Assembly: GCA_023129325.1 (NCBI GenBank)
Contig: JAGMCI010000001.1
Location: 23,722-87,721 of the forward strand
Direction of reading: 5' to 3'
DNA from: a candidate division WOR-3 bacterium
GTDB lineage: Bacteria > Hydrothermota > UBA3073 > JACQXS01 > JAGMCI01
DNA length: 64,000 nt
Shown: positions 28,716 to 37,583 of the stretch, one piece after another
How positions within the stretch are numbered: position 1 is the stretch's first letter
How the letters are laid out: each line of letters begins with the position of its first letter
Notes under the pieces: model-generated
Database searches by the model: none
What the model saw: only the letters and a program-made list of their open reading frames with translations
Told to the model about the DNA's origin: nothing
Position numbers and translations under genes: made by a program

Positions 28716-29214
28716 AAACACAAGAGTCTTAGCATTAGACCCCGGCACTCGTGAAACAGGCTATGCAGTGCTTACATCACGCTATGACCTAATAACCTGG
28801 GGTATAAAGACCTTTAGGCGGAGAAAAGAGCCTCATAAGATGCTTAAAGAGGCAAGGGATACCATTGAAAGAATCATTGATGTTGAAAAACCGGATGTTT
28901 TAGCGATAGAGACAACTTTTAGAGGAAGATGGAGGAACATTTCACGATTAGAGGTCTTAGTGGAAGAGTTTATGGATTTAGGTAAAAAGAAAAGGCTTAA
29001 GGTTTATGGATTTTCTCCGCTCACTGTAAAAAGGGTTATCTGTGGCAATGGAAGAGCAACAAAGAGAAGACTATCTAAAATCGTTACACAAAAATATTTC
29101 CCATCTTTAAAAAGATATTACAGATACAAACACACCTACAGCCGTAGGCATTGGCAACATGCCTTTGATGCCGTCGCCATTGGGCTGACATATTTTAGGC
29201 TGAGGAGAGAGTAA
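28702..29214 (+). CDS. RuvC-like Holliday junction resolvase with canonical catalytic residues
   Basis: VLALDPGTRETGYAVL, VLAIETTF and HAFDAVAIGLTY. Confidence 0.65.
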   Translation: MPRNKNTRVLALDPGTRETGYAVLTSRYDLITWGIKTFRRRKEPHKMLKEARDTIERIIDVEKPDVLAIETTFRGRWRNISRLEVLVEEFMDLGKKKRLKVYGFSPLTVKRVICGNGRATKRRLSKIVTQKYFPSLKRYYRYKHTYSRRHWQHAFDAVAIGLTYFRLRRE

Positions 29215-29336
29215 TCTAATTCCCTGTTCCGCGTGGTGTGGAATTAGGCTTATTGCCTGTCTCAAGAGCCTGGCATGTCTTGAGTCAAGACAGGAGACTT
29301 CAAGAACATAGCTTGGGGATTAGATAAAATATCAGT

Positions 29337-29855
29337 ATGAAACTCCTAACTCAAGAAAAAATTATCTACCAAACTCATCCACATCTTATACTTATTATAG
29401 TGCCTATTATTTGTATAGGCTTGATTTGGATTTTCTTCTCTTACTTTTTATGTCCTCTTTTCGAAGAATATAAAAATCTGTGTATAAAAGTATTAGCAGT
29501 TACTTTTTTGTTTGTCATTTTGACTTTCTTTCTTGATTGGAAAAATAGTCTTTATTTTGTAACTAACTTAAGAATTACTAAGCAAAGAGGGATTGTGGGT
29601 AAAAGAACTATGTCCATCTGGTATGCCCAGATTGAGGACCTCTCTTGCCAATTATCTATATTTGGTGAAATCATTGGGTTTGGAGATTTAATCATTGAAT
29701 CAGCAGGAACTTATGGGAATATTAAATTCAAAGGGATGCCTCTCCCAAGAAAAGTAAAATCACTAATAGAAAATGAGCTGATAAAGCTACGCAAAGGTAA
29801 AGTTCCTCAAGAGTTATATAACTTCTATTTATGGCAAATATTGAACAAATCTTAA
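29337..29855 (+). CDS. Membrane protein with a bacterial PH (bPH_2 / YdbT-like) domain
   Basis: Two N-terminal TM helices, then LYFVTNLRITKQRGIVGKRTMSIWYAQIEDLS...GDLIIESAG. Confidence 0.6.
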   Translation: MKLLTQEKIIYQTHPHLILIIVPIICIGLIWIFFSYFLCPLFEEYKNLCIKVLAVTFLFVILTFFLDWKNSLYFVTNLRITKQRGIVGKRTMSIWYAQIEDLSCQLSIFGEIIGFGDLIIESAGTYGNIKFKGMPLPRKVKSLIENELIKLRKGKVPQELYNFYLWQILNKS

Positions 29856-30211
29856 AACTTTTAGACCAATTTGAGGACATTGAGATAAGACTCCATTATA
29901 AGCCAAAGCACAAAGTCGCAAAAAGCCCCAAGGAGAAAGCTGTAACTCAGATAGGAGCCAAAATTTTAGAGATCTTACTTAAGCTACTTCCTCATGCCCC
30001 AACTATGAAAGATATTGCTAATGGACTTAATCAGGTTCTAAAATGTAACCCAAAGATTTCGTCAGAGAAGGTAGAGCATATTTTAAGAAAGGAACTTCAC
30101 TTAAAACCAGAGAGGACCAAGAAGGGTTATGTTATCAGGTCTATCAGTGTGCCTGAACTTAAGGCATTAGCCCAAAAATATGGTTTTAATATTAAAGTAA
30201 TAGATGAGTAA
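29831..30211 (+). CDS. Hypothetical protein
   Basis: 126-aa ORF overlapping the upstream gene end. No motif recognised. Confidence 0.4.
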   Translation: MANIEQILKLLDQFEDIEIRLHYKPKHKVAKSPKEKAVTQIGAKILEILLKLLPHAPTMKDIANGLNQVLKCNPKISSEKVEHILRKELHLKPERTKKGYVIRSISVPELKALAQKYGFNIKVIDE

Positions 30212-30240
30212 TTTATAGTTCTTTGAAAAAATAGGAGGGT

Positions 30241-31338
30241 ATGATGAAAGTTTTAATGCATGAAACAGCTCTAAAAGAGCTGTTAGAGAAAGTTGTTAGT
30301 GTAATTGGGAGAAATCTGAGCTTATCTGCACTTGAGTGTGTTAAATTACAAGTAAAGCCAGACTCAGTCAGAGCCACTGCTTCTAATTTGAACACCTGGC
30401 TTTTGGCACAAGCTGAATGTCAAGCTGACGAAGAAGGTGTAATAGTTGTGCCGGGCAAGAAATTAAGCGAGATAGTGAAGCTCTTGCCAAGGGAAGAAAT
30501 GGCTTTGGAAGTAAATGAACGCCAGTTAGCAGTTAAATGTCAAGGTTCCAGATTTAAGCTGTCCCTGATTTCGGAAAAAGATTATCCAAAAGAGCAGTGT
30601 CTTCTTGGGCGAGATGGGTTTATAGAGATTCCAAGAGAGAGATTTCAATCTGCTCTGGGAGCCATATCCTTTGCCACAGCCAAGCAAGAGTATCTGAAAG
30701 CCATTTGTGGTATCCTGTTTGAATTTAAAAAGGATAAATTAGTTCTGGTAGCCACTGATGGACATAGATTAGCAAAGATTAGTATTCCTGTTGAGTCTGA
30801 AAACGAACAGAAAATAATAGTGCCATCTGATATTGTCAGATATATCTTAAAGATGAAGGGCAAGACAGTCAGGATTTTTGTAAATGAATCAACTGTGGGC
30901 TTATATGGTAAGAACCTTGGAGTAACTTCAAGACTCCTTGAAGGTAAATACCCTGATTATGAGTCAGTGATTCCTCAAGATAGTGATAAGATACTGATTG
31001 TAAATATCAGGGAACTAATTCAGGGCTTGAAACAAGTTGAGGTTTTTGCCCAGGATGTAAATGAAATAGCCAAACTAACAATCTTAAAAAATGCAAATGA
31101 GCTTTCCCTTGAGTCTGCAGGAGAAGGGTTTAAATCTGAAGTTAAGGTCGGGTGTGAGTGTAGTGGAGATGAAATAGAGATTGGATTTAATGCCAAGTAT
31201 TTGCTTGAGCTTCTTTCTGTCATTAAAAGTGAACAGGTTAAGTGGACATTTAAAGACCCAATGTCTGCTATGATACTGAAGCCAGTAGATAAAGAGACTG
31301 ACGAACTATATCTCTTGATGCCTATAAGGCTTGAGTAG
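30241..31338 (+). CDS. dnaN: DNA polymerase III beta subunit (sliding clamp), element-encoded copy
   Basis: LVATDGHRLA, three-domain length (365 aa), C-terminal LYLLMPIRLE. RBS ataggaggg. Confidence 0.85.
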   Translation: MMKVLMHETALKELLEKVVSVIGRNLSLSALECVKLQVKPDSVRATASNLNTWLLAQAECQADEEGVIVVPGKKLSEIVKLLPREEMALEVNERQLAVKCQGSRFKLSLISEKDYPKEQCLLGRDGFIEIPRERFQSALGAISFATAKQEYLKAICGILFEFKKDKLVLVATDGHRLAKISIPVESENEQKIIVPSDIVRYILKMKGKTVRIFVNESTVGLYGKNLGVTSRLLEGKYPDYESVIPQDSDKILIVNIRELIQGLKQVEVFAQDVNEIAKLTILKNANELSLESAGEGFKSEVKVGCECSGDEIEIGFNAKYLLELLSVIKSEQVKWTFKDPMSAMILKPVDKETDELYLLMPIRLE

Positions 31339-31346
31339 GAGGTGGT

Positions 31347-31883
31347 ATGAGAAATCAGCAAAGGAAACTGTTTCCTAAACTGAAAAAGAAAGGTTGGTAT
31401 GGTGGTCTGAAAGTTCGTATCCAACTGATAAGAGAAAATTACGATGCCTGGGGCCCAAGAGTTACTGATGCAGCCGAGCTTGTAAGACTAATTGGAGACG
31501 AAATCCGTTACTCTGATAGAGAGCTCCTTTTAAGCATCCTCCTAGACTCTACATGGAAAATCTTAGGCATAGAAGAGATAAGCAAAGGCTCAGGACGCTC
31601 ACTCATAGCATCTCCAAGGGAAATTTTTAAGTCTGCACTTCTCACAAATGCTGAAGCCGTAGTTTTGGTTCATAATCATACAGCAGGAGATTCAACTCCA
31701 AGTCCAGCAGATATAAGAATATCCGAACGGGTAGCAAAGGCTGGTAAAATCTTAGGAATCGGAGTTGCAGACCACATTATTATAGGCAAGTCCTACACAA
31801 GCCTTTTTGAGAAAAAGCTCGGTCCATTCAAGCCAAAAAGAAAGCGAAAAGGAGGAAAAGATGTATCCAAGATTAGAAGCTAA
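31347..31883 (+). CDS. radC: RadC-like JAB/MPN-domain protein
   Basis: VVLVHNHTAGDSTPSPADIRISERV (HxH...SxxD JAMM motif). Confidence 0.8.
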   Translation: MRNQQRKLFPKLKKKGWYGGLKVRIQLIRENYDAWGPRVTDAAELVRLIGDEIRYSDRELLLSILLDSTWKILGIEEISKGSGRSLIASPREIFKSALLTNAEAVVLVHNHTAGDSTPSPADIRISERVAKAGKILGIGVADHIIIGKSYTSLFEKKLGPFKPKRKRKGGKDVSKIRS

Positions 31884-32280
31884 AGTTGAGCTTGTAAGAG
31901 AAAAAACCACTGAATTGGGTCCTTAAATAAAGACACCTGAAGATGTTTTTGAACTTCTCTCAGATTTAAGGCATCAGGATAGAGAACATTTTGTGATTAT
32001 TTGTCTCAACACCAGAAACCGAGTGATTTGCATAAACACAGTAAGCATTGGCAGTCTGAATGCAAGCCTTGTCCATCCTCGTGAGGTCTTTAAGCCCGCC
32101 ATTCTGGCTAATGCTGCATCCATTATTCTTGCCCATAATCATCCATCAGGTGAGACTGAGCCTTCAAAAGATGATATTGAAATTACAAAAAGAGTCAAAG
32201 AAGCTGGGAATCTTTTAGGAATTGAGCTTTTAGACCATGTAATTATTAGTGATTCAGACTGGAAATCAATCAAGGACTAA
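31861..32280 (+). pseudogene. Second RadC-like gene interrupted by an in-frame TAA (31924-31926)
   Basis: ATG 31861 gives MYPRLEAKVELVREKTTELGP, then TAA, then IKTPEDVFELLSDLRHQDREHFVIICLNT...ILAHNHPSGETEPSKDDIEITKRV in the same frame. Both halves align with RadC1 (RIQLIRENYDAWGPRVTDAAELVRLIG...). Confidence 0.6.
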
Positions 32281-32322
32281 ATAGGAGGCAAAGATGAAAA
32301 AAGTGTATCAGTGGAGGAAGCT

Positions 32323-32496
32323 ATGAAACTATATGCTGTGCTGTTTCATTGGGAGGATGAGTTTGCTCTTGAAGCAGTGTTTTAAACCAGAGATAAAGCA
32401 GAGGAGTATATAGAATCTGAAAATAAGGAACGCCAATGCACTGAAAACGAGTTATGGATTGAGCCTATAGAGTTGGATAAGCCGAAGGGAGGGTGA
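32323..32496 (+). pseudogene. Small ORF interrupted by an in-frame TAA (32383-32385)
   Basis: GGAGG lies 5 nt before ATG 32323. MKLYAVLFHWEDEFALEAVF, then TAA, then TRDKAEEYIESENKERQCTENELWIEPIELDKPKGG, then TGA at 32494, 1 nt before the next ATG. The second half has no start codon of its own. Confidence 0.4.
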
Positions 32497-32497
32497 T

Positions 32498-32710
32498 ATG
32501 TATAGGTGTCCAAATTGTGGGAGCGATGAACTGACTGAGACGATTGAGCGGTTAATAGAGTTTGATGTGAAGACTGGAAAGAGGCTGAACGAAAGAGAGG
32601 TTGATGACTCAGTTCCTTCATATTTTTGCAGGAACTGTGGGCATCAATTTGGTGCTGATGAGTTGGTTAGAGAGGAGGTAAAATATGAACTGGCATCAAT
32701 TGTGGGATAA
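32498..32710 (+). CDS. Zinc-ribbon protein
   Basis: CPNCGSDE ... CRNCGHQF. Confidence 0.55.
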   Translation: MYRCPNCGSDELTETIERLIEFDVKTGKRLNEREVDDSVPSYFCRNCGHQFGADELVREEVKYELASIVG

Positions 32711-32903
32711 GGTAGAAGAAGCAATTGGGATTTGGAAAAAGATGACTGGACATGGAGGAGAGTATGGAGGAGACCCTATGGACGGAGACGAAACTGAGTT
32801 GTTTGCTAAGGCAGTTAAGATTTTGGCAGATGACCACGAAGGGAACATGGACAAGTGGGAAGTTAGTCGGGAGTTGGACGAGATTGAAAAAAAGATGAGA
32901 TGA
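32685..32903 (+). CDS. Small acidic hypothetical protein
   Basis: ATG preceded by gaggaggtaaaat; 72 aa. Confidence 0.4.
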   Translation: MNWHQLWDKVEEAIGIWKKMTGHGGEYGGDPMDGDETELFAKAVKILADDHEGNMDKWEVSRELDEIEKKMR

Positions 32904-32922
32904 GGGAAGGAAAGATGGACCA

Positions 32923-32994
32923 TCTTTTTACAAATGCAGAAACTGTGGGAAAGAGTTTAGGTCAAGAGAGTTGGTTAGAGAGAAAAGGAGGTGA
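32923..32994 (+). repeat. Startless remnant copy of the 3' end of the zinc-ribbon gene (compare 32618-32690)
   Basis: The frame reads SFYKCRNCGKEFRSRELVREKRR, against SYFCRNCGHQFGADELVREEV in the intact gene. Shared nucleotide strings are aactgtggg and gagttggttagagag. The frame opens just after a TGA and has no start codon. Confidence 0.5.
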
Positions 32995-32999
32995 TTGAG

Positions 33000-33449
33000 A
33001 TGTCTAACAATAATGGCAACGGAGTAACTGTGAAGCTCAGGGAGAAGGCGGAAAAGATACTTCTCTCAAAGTATGAGAGGGCAGTTGCTAAGCTCAAGAA
33101 AGAGCATAGAGAACTCACTAATGAGCTCAAAAAGAAGCTAATCTCTGAATGGGGAATTGATAGTTTAGTGAAAGAGCTTGTGAAGCTAAGAGAACGGGCT
33201 AAAGTGTTAGAAGACCAGATAAGAGAAAAACTGGGCTCTCATTATGGCTATAATGACTGGGAGAACTGGAAATGTAGTGACTTTCACGGGGATAAGCTTG
33301 AGAAAGAGGTTGAAGCACGAGCCAAGTCCAAGATTAACCTTGAGCAAGAGGAACAGCGTCTAAAAGAGCTTAAGGAAGACCTTCTTGAAGAGCTATGGCT
33401 TGCAGGTCAGCCAGATGAGGTCAAGGATGTTCTTTCTAAGATGGTATAA
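33000..33449 (+). CDS. Coiled-coil hypothetical protein
   Basis: ATG at 33000 after aaaaggaggtgattgag. Lys/Glu-rich heptad-like sequence. Confidence 0.5.
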   Translation: MSNNNGNGVTVKLREKAEKILLSKYERAVAKLKKEHRELTNELKKKLISEWGIDSLVKELVKLRERAKVLEDQIREKLGSHYGYNDWENWKCSDFHGDKLEKEVEARAKSKINLEQEEQRLKELKEDLLEELWLAGQPDEVKDVLSKMV

Positions 33450-33457
33450 CTTAAAAA

Positions 33458-33498
33458 GGGGATGTCCCGAATTGCTTCGGGATGTCCCCTAATTTTTT
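33458..33498 (+). terminator. Strong rho-independent terminator closing the plus-strand element block
   Basis: 14-bp stem ggggatgtcccgaa / ttcgggatgtcccc with loop ttgc, then taatttttt. Confidence 0.7.
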
Positions 33499-33950
33499 AA
33501 TAAACTTATGAAAAAACTAAAACGACTCACAGATGCAGAAGCCGAGGCATTTATGTATTTTCTGGAATCAGAGAGAATCAGGCACTTGGAGGATATAAAG
33601 ATGATAGAGAAGAAGCAAGAGAGGATTACAAAAAGATTTGCGATTAAGAGGCCAATGATGGATTGGAGAGATTGGTGGGTGAAGTAAGTTGGAGTAAAGA
33701 GATCTGTAGGAGACTGGCTAAAAACTTTGCTGATGGTACAAGACTGGAAAATGTTTGTTCTCTAAAAGAGCCTATTTTTACCCATAATGTGGTAAATTGG
33801 TATTATAAATCTTTCATTTTGGGCATAAAAAGTGGCGAATGTTATGCAAAAATTCGAACTTTCGGACACGCTCCTAATGATAGGTATTTGGCAAATAGTT
33901 ACTCGATGTGGGCTGCTACATTCCCAAACCGTGTGGTGGTAGGATTCCGC

Positions 33951-35072
33951 CTATCTCCCCCTGATCATTCTGTCCATCCAATCTCTGGCTTGCATCTCGT
34001 TTGAAAGAATACTCACCTGCTCCTGAATCATGCAAGCTGCAAATAAAACTCGGATGTCTTCAATGTGAGCATGTGGGTGAAGAGTGTCCACAAAGAATAT
34101 TACCACATCGCAACCACCTAGCAGTATTTCAGTAGCAATCTCAATGTCCCCTCCATTGGGACCAGAGTGACGTAGGTTGACCTTCTTTTCAAGAGTCGGT
34201 GCAGCCTCCTTAACTAGCTTCCCTGTTGCACCTGTTGCCAAGATACTTTTGAACTTACCTAATTCCTTCTCATAATCTACCACGAAGTCTATCATTCTAT
34301 CTTTCATCTCGTCGTGGGAAATCAAGGCGATGACTGCATTCCCCAAAGCACCGTCCAAATCCCTCTCCTCTTTTGCTTGTAGGAAGTCCTTAGGGGGGTT
34401 AGCTCGTCGGGATACACTCCAGGAGCCTCCCGGCGCGCTTTGTGTTGCCGTATTGACCCTCACACTCACTTCACTTTGAGGAAATTTCAAATTGAATGGG
34501 ATCTCTTGTACATTAAGATTCTTGTCTCGTTTTGCTTCGCCCCGAAGCCAGTCCTTGACAGACCCCAAATTCATAAGCTTCTTCACATGCCATGTGTCGG
34601 CAAGCCGTAGTAAGGCAATATTCTCAGGATAGAGAAGATGTGCTGTTCGAGGGCTAAAGAACGGCCAAAGAATGCTGACTTTGCGTTGAGTAACTAGACT
34701 GGACAACTTTATTACTCCACCTTCTTGAGTTCTTGGAAGTTGTATTATGCCACATTCGGTGTGAAGAAAACTTACAATGTTTTTCTCGAGTTTATATGGA
34801 ACTTTCTTTTTCACTTTCTTTCTGCAGACTCGCTTGCTTTCAAGACATGCAATTCTTAGCTCAAGATTATGTAGAACTTCCTTTTCCATTCCGCTGACTT
34901 GCTCGCCTTTAATAAGGCGACTATATGTCCCGCCCGTAAAAACAAAGCAGAAGTCAGTTAATGTTTCTCTGAGAGTCAGCTTTTCCCATGCTTCTCGGAA
35001 AACCGTGGCGAGTGCTAGATTCCTTTCTAGGCTATCATGACTCGCCAAGACACCAATCAATGTCTTCTCCAT
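33951..35072 (-). CDS. Tandem methylglyoxal synthase-like (MGS-like) domain protein
   Basis: C-terminal half VIALISHDEMKDRMIDFV...ILATGATGKLV...HSGPNGGDIEIATEILLGGCDVVIFFVDTLHPHAHIEDIRVL matches MgsA motifs. N-terminal half IGVLASHDS...FVFTGGTYSRL is a degenerate copy. Confidence 0.6.
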   Translation of the reverse strand: MEKTLIGVLASHDSLERNLALATVFREAWEKLTLRETLTDFCFVFTGGTYSRLIKGEQVSGMEKEVLHNLELRIACLESKRVCRKKVKKKVPYKLEKNIVSFLHTECGIIQLPRTQEGGVIKLSSLVTQRKVSILWPFFSPRTAHLLYPENIALLRLADTWHVKKLMNLGSVKDWLRGEAKRDKNLNVQEIPFNLKFPQSEVSVRVNTATQSAPGGSWSVSRRANPPKDFLQAKEERDLDGALGNAVIALISHDEMKDRMIDFVVDYEKELGKFKSILATGATGKLVKEAAPTLEKKVNLRHSGPNGGDIEIATEILLGGCDVVIFFVDTLHPHAHIEDIRVLFAACMIQEQVSILSNEMQARDWMDRMIRGR

Positions 35073-35616
35073 CAGAACCCCCTTTTAACGCCTCCATCAC
35101 TGAGGTAAATAATAGATTAGTTTCTTTAAAATATAGGATATTTAACTTTAAAAGTCAAGGTTTTTTCGCAAAAAGTTATGAAAAAAGCGAGCTTTATCCG
35201 CTATATATATTTTGAGATAGACATAATACTTTGTCAAACAAAAGACCTGTGGATAACTTGTACCTCAGTTGACACCTCCCTTGCTTTCTCCATCAGAATT
35301 AAGAATTAGGTAGTGAAGAGCGTCCTTGCATATTGCATATACACCCACAAAATGAGAGAGGTATAAATAAATATAAAAGGGCCAGATATATAAAAAATAA
35401 ACATATCTGCAAGTATTTCCTCCGCATAGCAGTCAATTCTTTCTTTAACAAAATTCTTTAACAAAATCCATAAAAGACTAATGAAGCAAAGTATGACATA
35501 TCTCATGGGCTATCACCGGCGAGTTTCTTGGAACATCAAGTAACCAAAGAGGCGTTTGTAAGAAAATGTTAGTAAAAGAATCTATTCTCTTTTATCCCTG
35601 AGCCTCTACAATTAAT

Positions 35617-35985
35617 CTATCTCATTACCGCCTTCCTTACCTTCTCTATCACCTTTTTTGGCAGAGTATATCCCTTTACCAGATAATCACAAGCCCCAAG
35701 TTCAAGTGCTTTCTTTACTTTCTTAACCTCTGCTACATTGGTCAGCATAATTACGGGGATAGACTTCAGCTTCTCATTGGCTTTTAATCTTTTCAACACC
35801 TCAAATCCACTGAGTTTCGGCAACGTCACATCAAGTAGTATCAAGTCCGGCTTCTCTTTTGCTTTATTAAGTCCTTCTTCCCCATCCTGGGCTACATCTA
35901 CTTCAAATCCCTCTTTTTCTAACTGCTCCACATACATCCTGGAGATATAAGGGTCATCCTCAATGATTAAGATTTTTGTGTGCAT
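35617..35985 (-). CDS. Single-domain response regulator (CheY-like receiver)
   Basis: KILIIEDDPYI, DLILLDVTLPKLSG, VIMLTN and DYLVKG. Confidence 0.85.
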   Translation of the reverse strand: MHTKILIIEDDPYISRMYVEQLEKEGFEVDVAQDGEEGLNKAKEKPDLILLDVTLPKLSGFEVLKRLKANEKLKSIPVIMLTNVAEVKKVKKALELGACDYLVKGYTLPKKVIEKVRKAVMR

Positions 35986-35990
35986 AGAGT

Positions 35991-37529
35991 TTATTTTTTG
36001 ATTGGCAAACTAAATGAAAATGTAGAACCCTTTCCTTTGCCTTCCGATTTTACCCAGACTTTTCCTCCATGTGCCTCTACTATCATCTTTACAATATAGA
36101 GCCCGAGCCCTGTGCCATTTGCCTGAATAATAGCCTCCTTGCCCCTACAATATTCCTCAAAAAGCCTGGGAGCAAGACTTTTAGGAATTCCTATACCAGT
36201 ATCTTTGATATGAACTGTTATCTTATTCTCTGTTGTCTCAACTGAGGCAAAGACTTCACCTTTCTCAGTATACTTGATAGCATTCTCAATTAAATTAAGC
36301 AGGACATCCATAATCTTATCTGGGTCTGCAAAGACTTCTGGTAAGGGCTTTTTAGGAACCTCAAATTTGAGTTTTAGTTTCTTTCTCTTTGCTATATTAG
36401 AAAGTTGTTTAATAGCAGAGTTTATCAAATTTTCAATTTTTATTTTTCTTTTTCTCAATTCAAGCTTGCCTTTTTCAATCTTGGATACATTAAGGAAAGT
36501 ATCAATGGTCCTTATCAGCCTTTCAGTATTTTCAAAACTGAATCCCACAATTTCCTTCTGTTTAGAAGTAATCTCCCCAAACTCACCACCAGCTAACATC
36601 CATAGATAGTTTTTGATTACTCCAAGTGGACCCATAAGCTGATGTGAAGTAATGGCTACAAAATCCTTTAATTTACGATTTAATTTTTGTATTTTCTTTC
36701 TTCTTTCTATTTCTTGAAGCATTCCTTTAATAAGTAGCCACCCAAGGATAGAAACCACAATGAGGAAAATACTCCGCCATACAAGTTCAACAAGGGATTT
36801 AAAAAGAATAGTCTGAATAAAAAGCACCAATAAGATTCCAGATACTAATAACTCAGTAACGATAACACGAATATGAAAGAGACGATGTTTGAGAATAGCA
36901 TAGCTGGTAAAGACCACCAAGATTACTGCAAAGGCAGGACCCAAAGTATTAAAGTTATAAATACCAAAAGAGGGTAAAATCAAGTTTGTAGTTACCCCGC
37001 CAATACCAAAAAGTAAAGAGCCCCAAAGAACATAGCCTATTTGAAGTCTTGCAAGTCCTTTGCTTTTTCTAAATTTCAGAAACAAATTAACAAATGCCCA
37101 GACAAAATAGGCTATAAAAAATAACCCAAATATGGGATAAAGGATTCCAAGCTCACCAGTAATATAGCCATCAATACTGAAACGAGTGTATAAGAAATTA
37201 GTGAAGAAGAGAGAAATTATTAAAAATGCTAACCAAGGTAAAACAACAACAAGTTCGTTCTTTTTAATTCTTGCTTTAGGAAAGCATTTGGAAAAGAGCC
37301 AGAAGCTTGCAATGATAATACAAGAAAAAGTAAAAGGAAGTTTTCCCCACCAGACATTGGAAGTAAGCTGAAATAAGGCTATACTTAAGTTCCAACCAGC
37401 CACACCAAGGATAAAAATAGTAAATGTCCAGTTAGCTATATTCCCTTTAGCTCTCAAAAGAACAATTACTGCTAATCCTAAACAGACTGTGAATATAGTT
37501 AGTAAAATGATGATGTTAATAGCAAACAT
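35991..37529 (-). CDS. Membrane sensor histidine kinase
   Basis: About 7 N-terminal TM helices. H-box FVAITSHQLMGPL, N-box LLNLIENAIKYT, G-boxes IKDTGIGIP and GTGLGLYIVK. Confidence 0.85.
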   Translation of the reverse strand: MFAINIIILLTIFTVCLGLAVIVLLRAKGNIANWTFTIFILGVAGWNLSIALFQLTSNVWWGKLPFTFSCIIIASFWLFSKCFPKARIKKNELVVVLPWLAFLIISLFFTNFLYTRFSIDGYITGELGILYPIFGLFFIAYFVWAFVNLFLKFRKSKGLARLQIGYVLWGSLLFGIGGVTTNLILPSFGIYNFNTLGPAFAVILVVFTSYAILKHRLFHIRVIVTELLVSGILLVLFIQTILFKSLVELVWRSIFLIVVSILGWLLIKGMLQEIERRKKIQKLNRKLKDFVAITSHQLMGPLGVIKNYLWMLAGGEFGEITSKQKEIVGFSFENTERLIRTIDTFLNVSKIEKGKLELRKRKIKIENLINSAIKQLSNIAKRKKLKLKFEVPKKPLPEVFADPDKIMDVLLNLIENAIKYTEKGEVFASVETTENKITVHIKDTGIGIPKSLAPRLFEEYCRGKEAIIQANGTGLGLYIVKMIVEAHGGKVWVKSEGKGKGSTFSFSLPIKK

Positions 37530-37583
37530 ACTTTGTCTTTAAATTAACATATAAAAACAGTACTGACAATTGTGGATAAAAGT

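Larger units (their letters stand above)
26143..33498 (+). mobile_element. Phage/plasmid-like replication and recombination module block (boundaries approximate)
   Basis: All genes are on the plus strand with GGAGG RBSs: HTH, RuvC-like x2, wHTH x2, dnaN, radC x2, Zn-ribbon and small acidic proteins. Contains nonsense-interrupted and truncated copies. Ends at a strong terminator. Confidence 0.4.

Noticed and set aside
31861-32496. Stop-codon reassignment (TAA read as sense) as the explanation for the two in-frame TAA codons
   Set aside because: TAA is used as the genuine terminator of neighbouring, well-delimited genes (radC1 at 31881-31883, radC2 at 32278-32280, the Zn-ribbon gene at 32708-32710). 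A truncated gene remnant nearby also points to decay. Readthrough is left as a low-probability alternative in the findings.
33663-34004. A 113-aa plus-strand ORF between the element terminator and the MGS-like gene
   Set aside because: It has a non-ATG start, no RBS and no motif, and its end overlaps the convergent MGS-like gene. The region may instead be the junction between mobile and core DNA.
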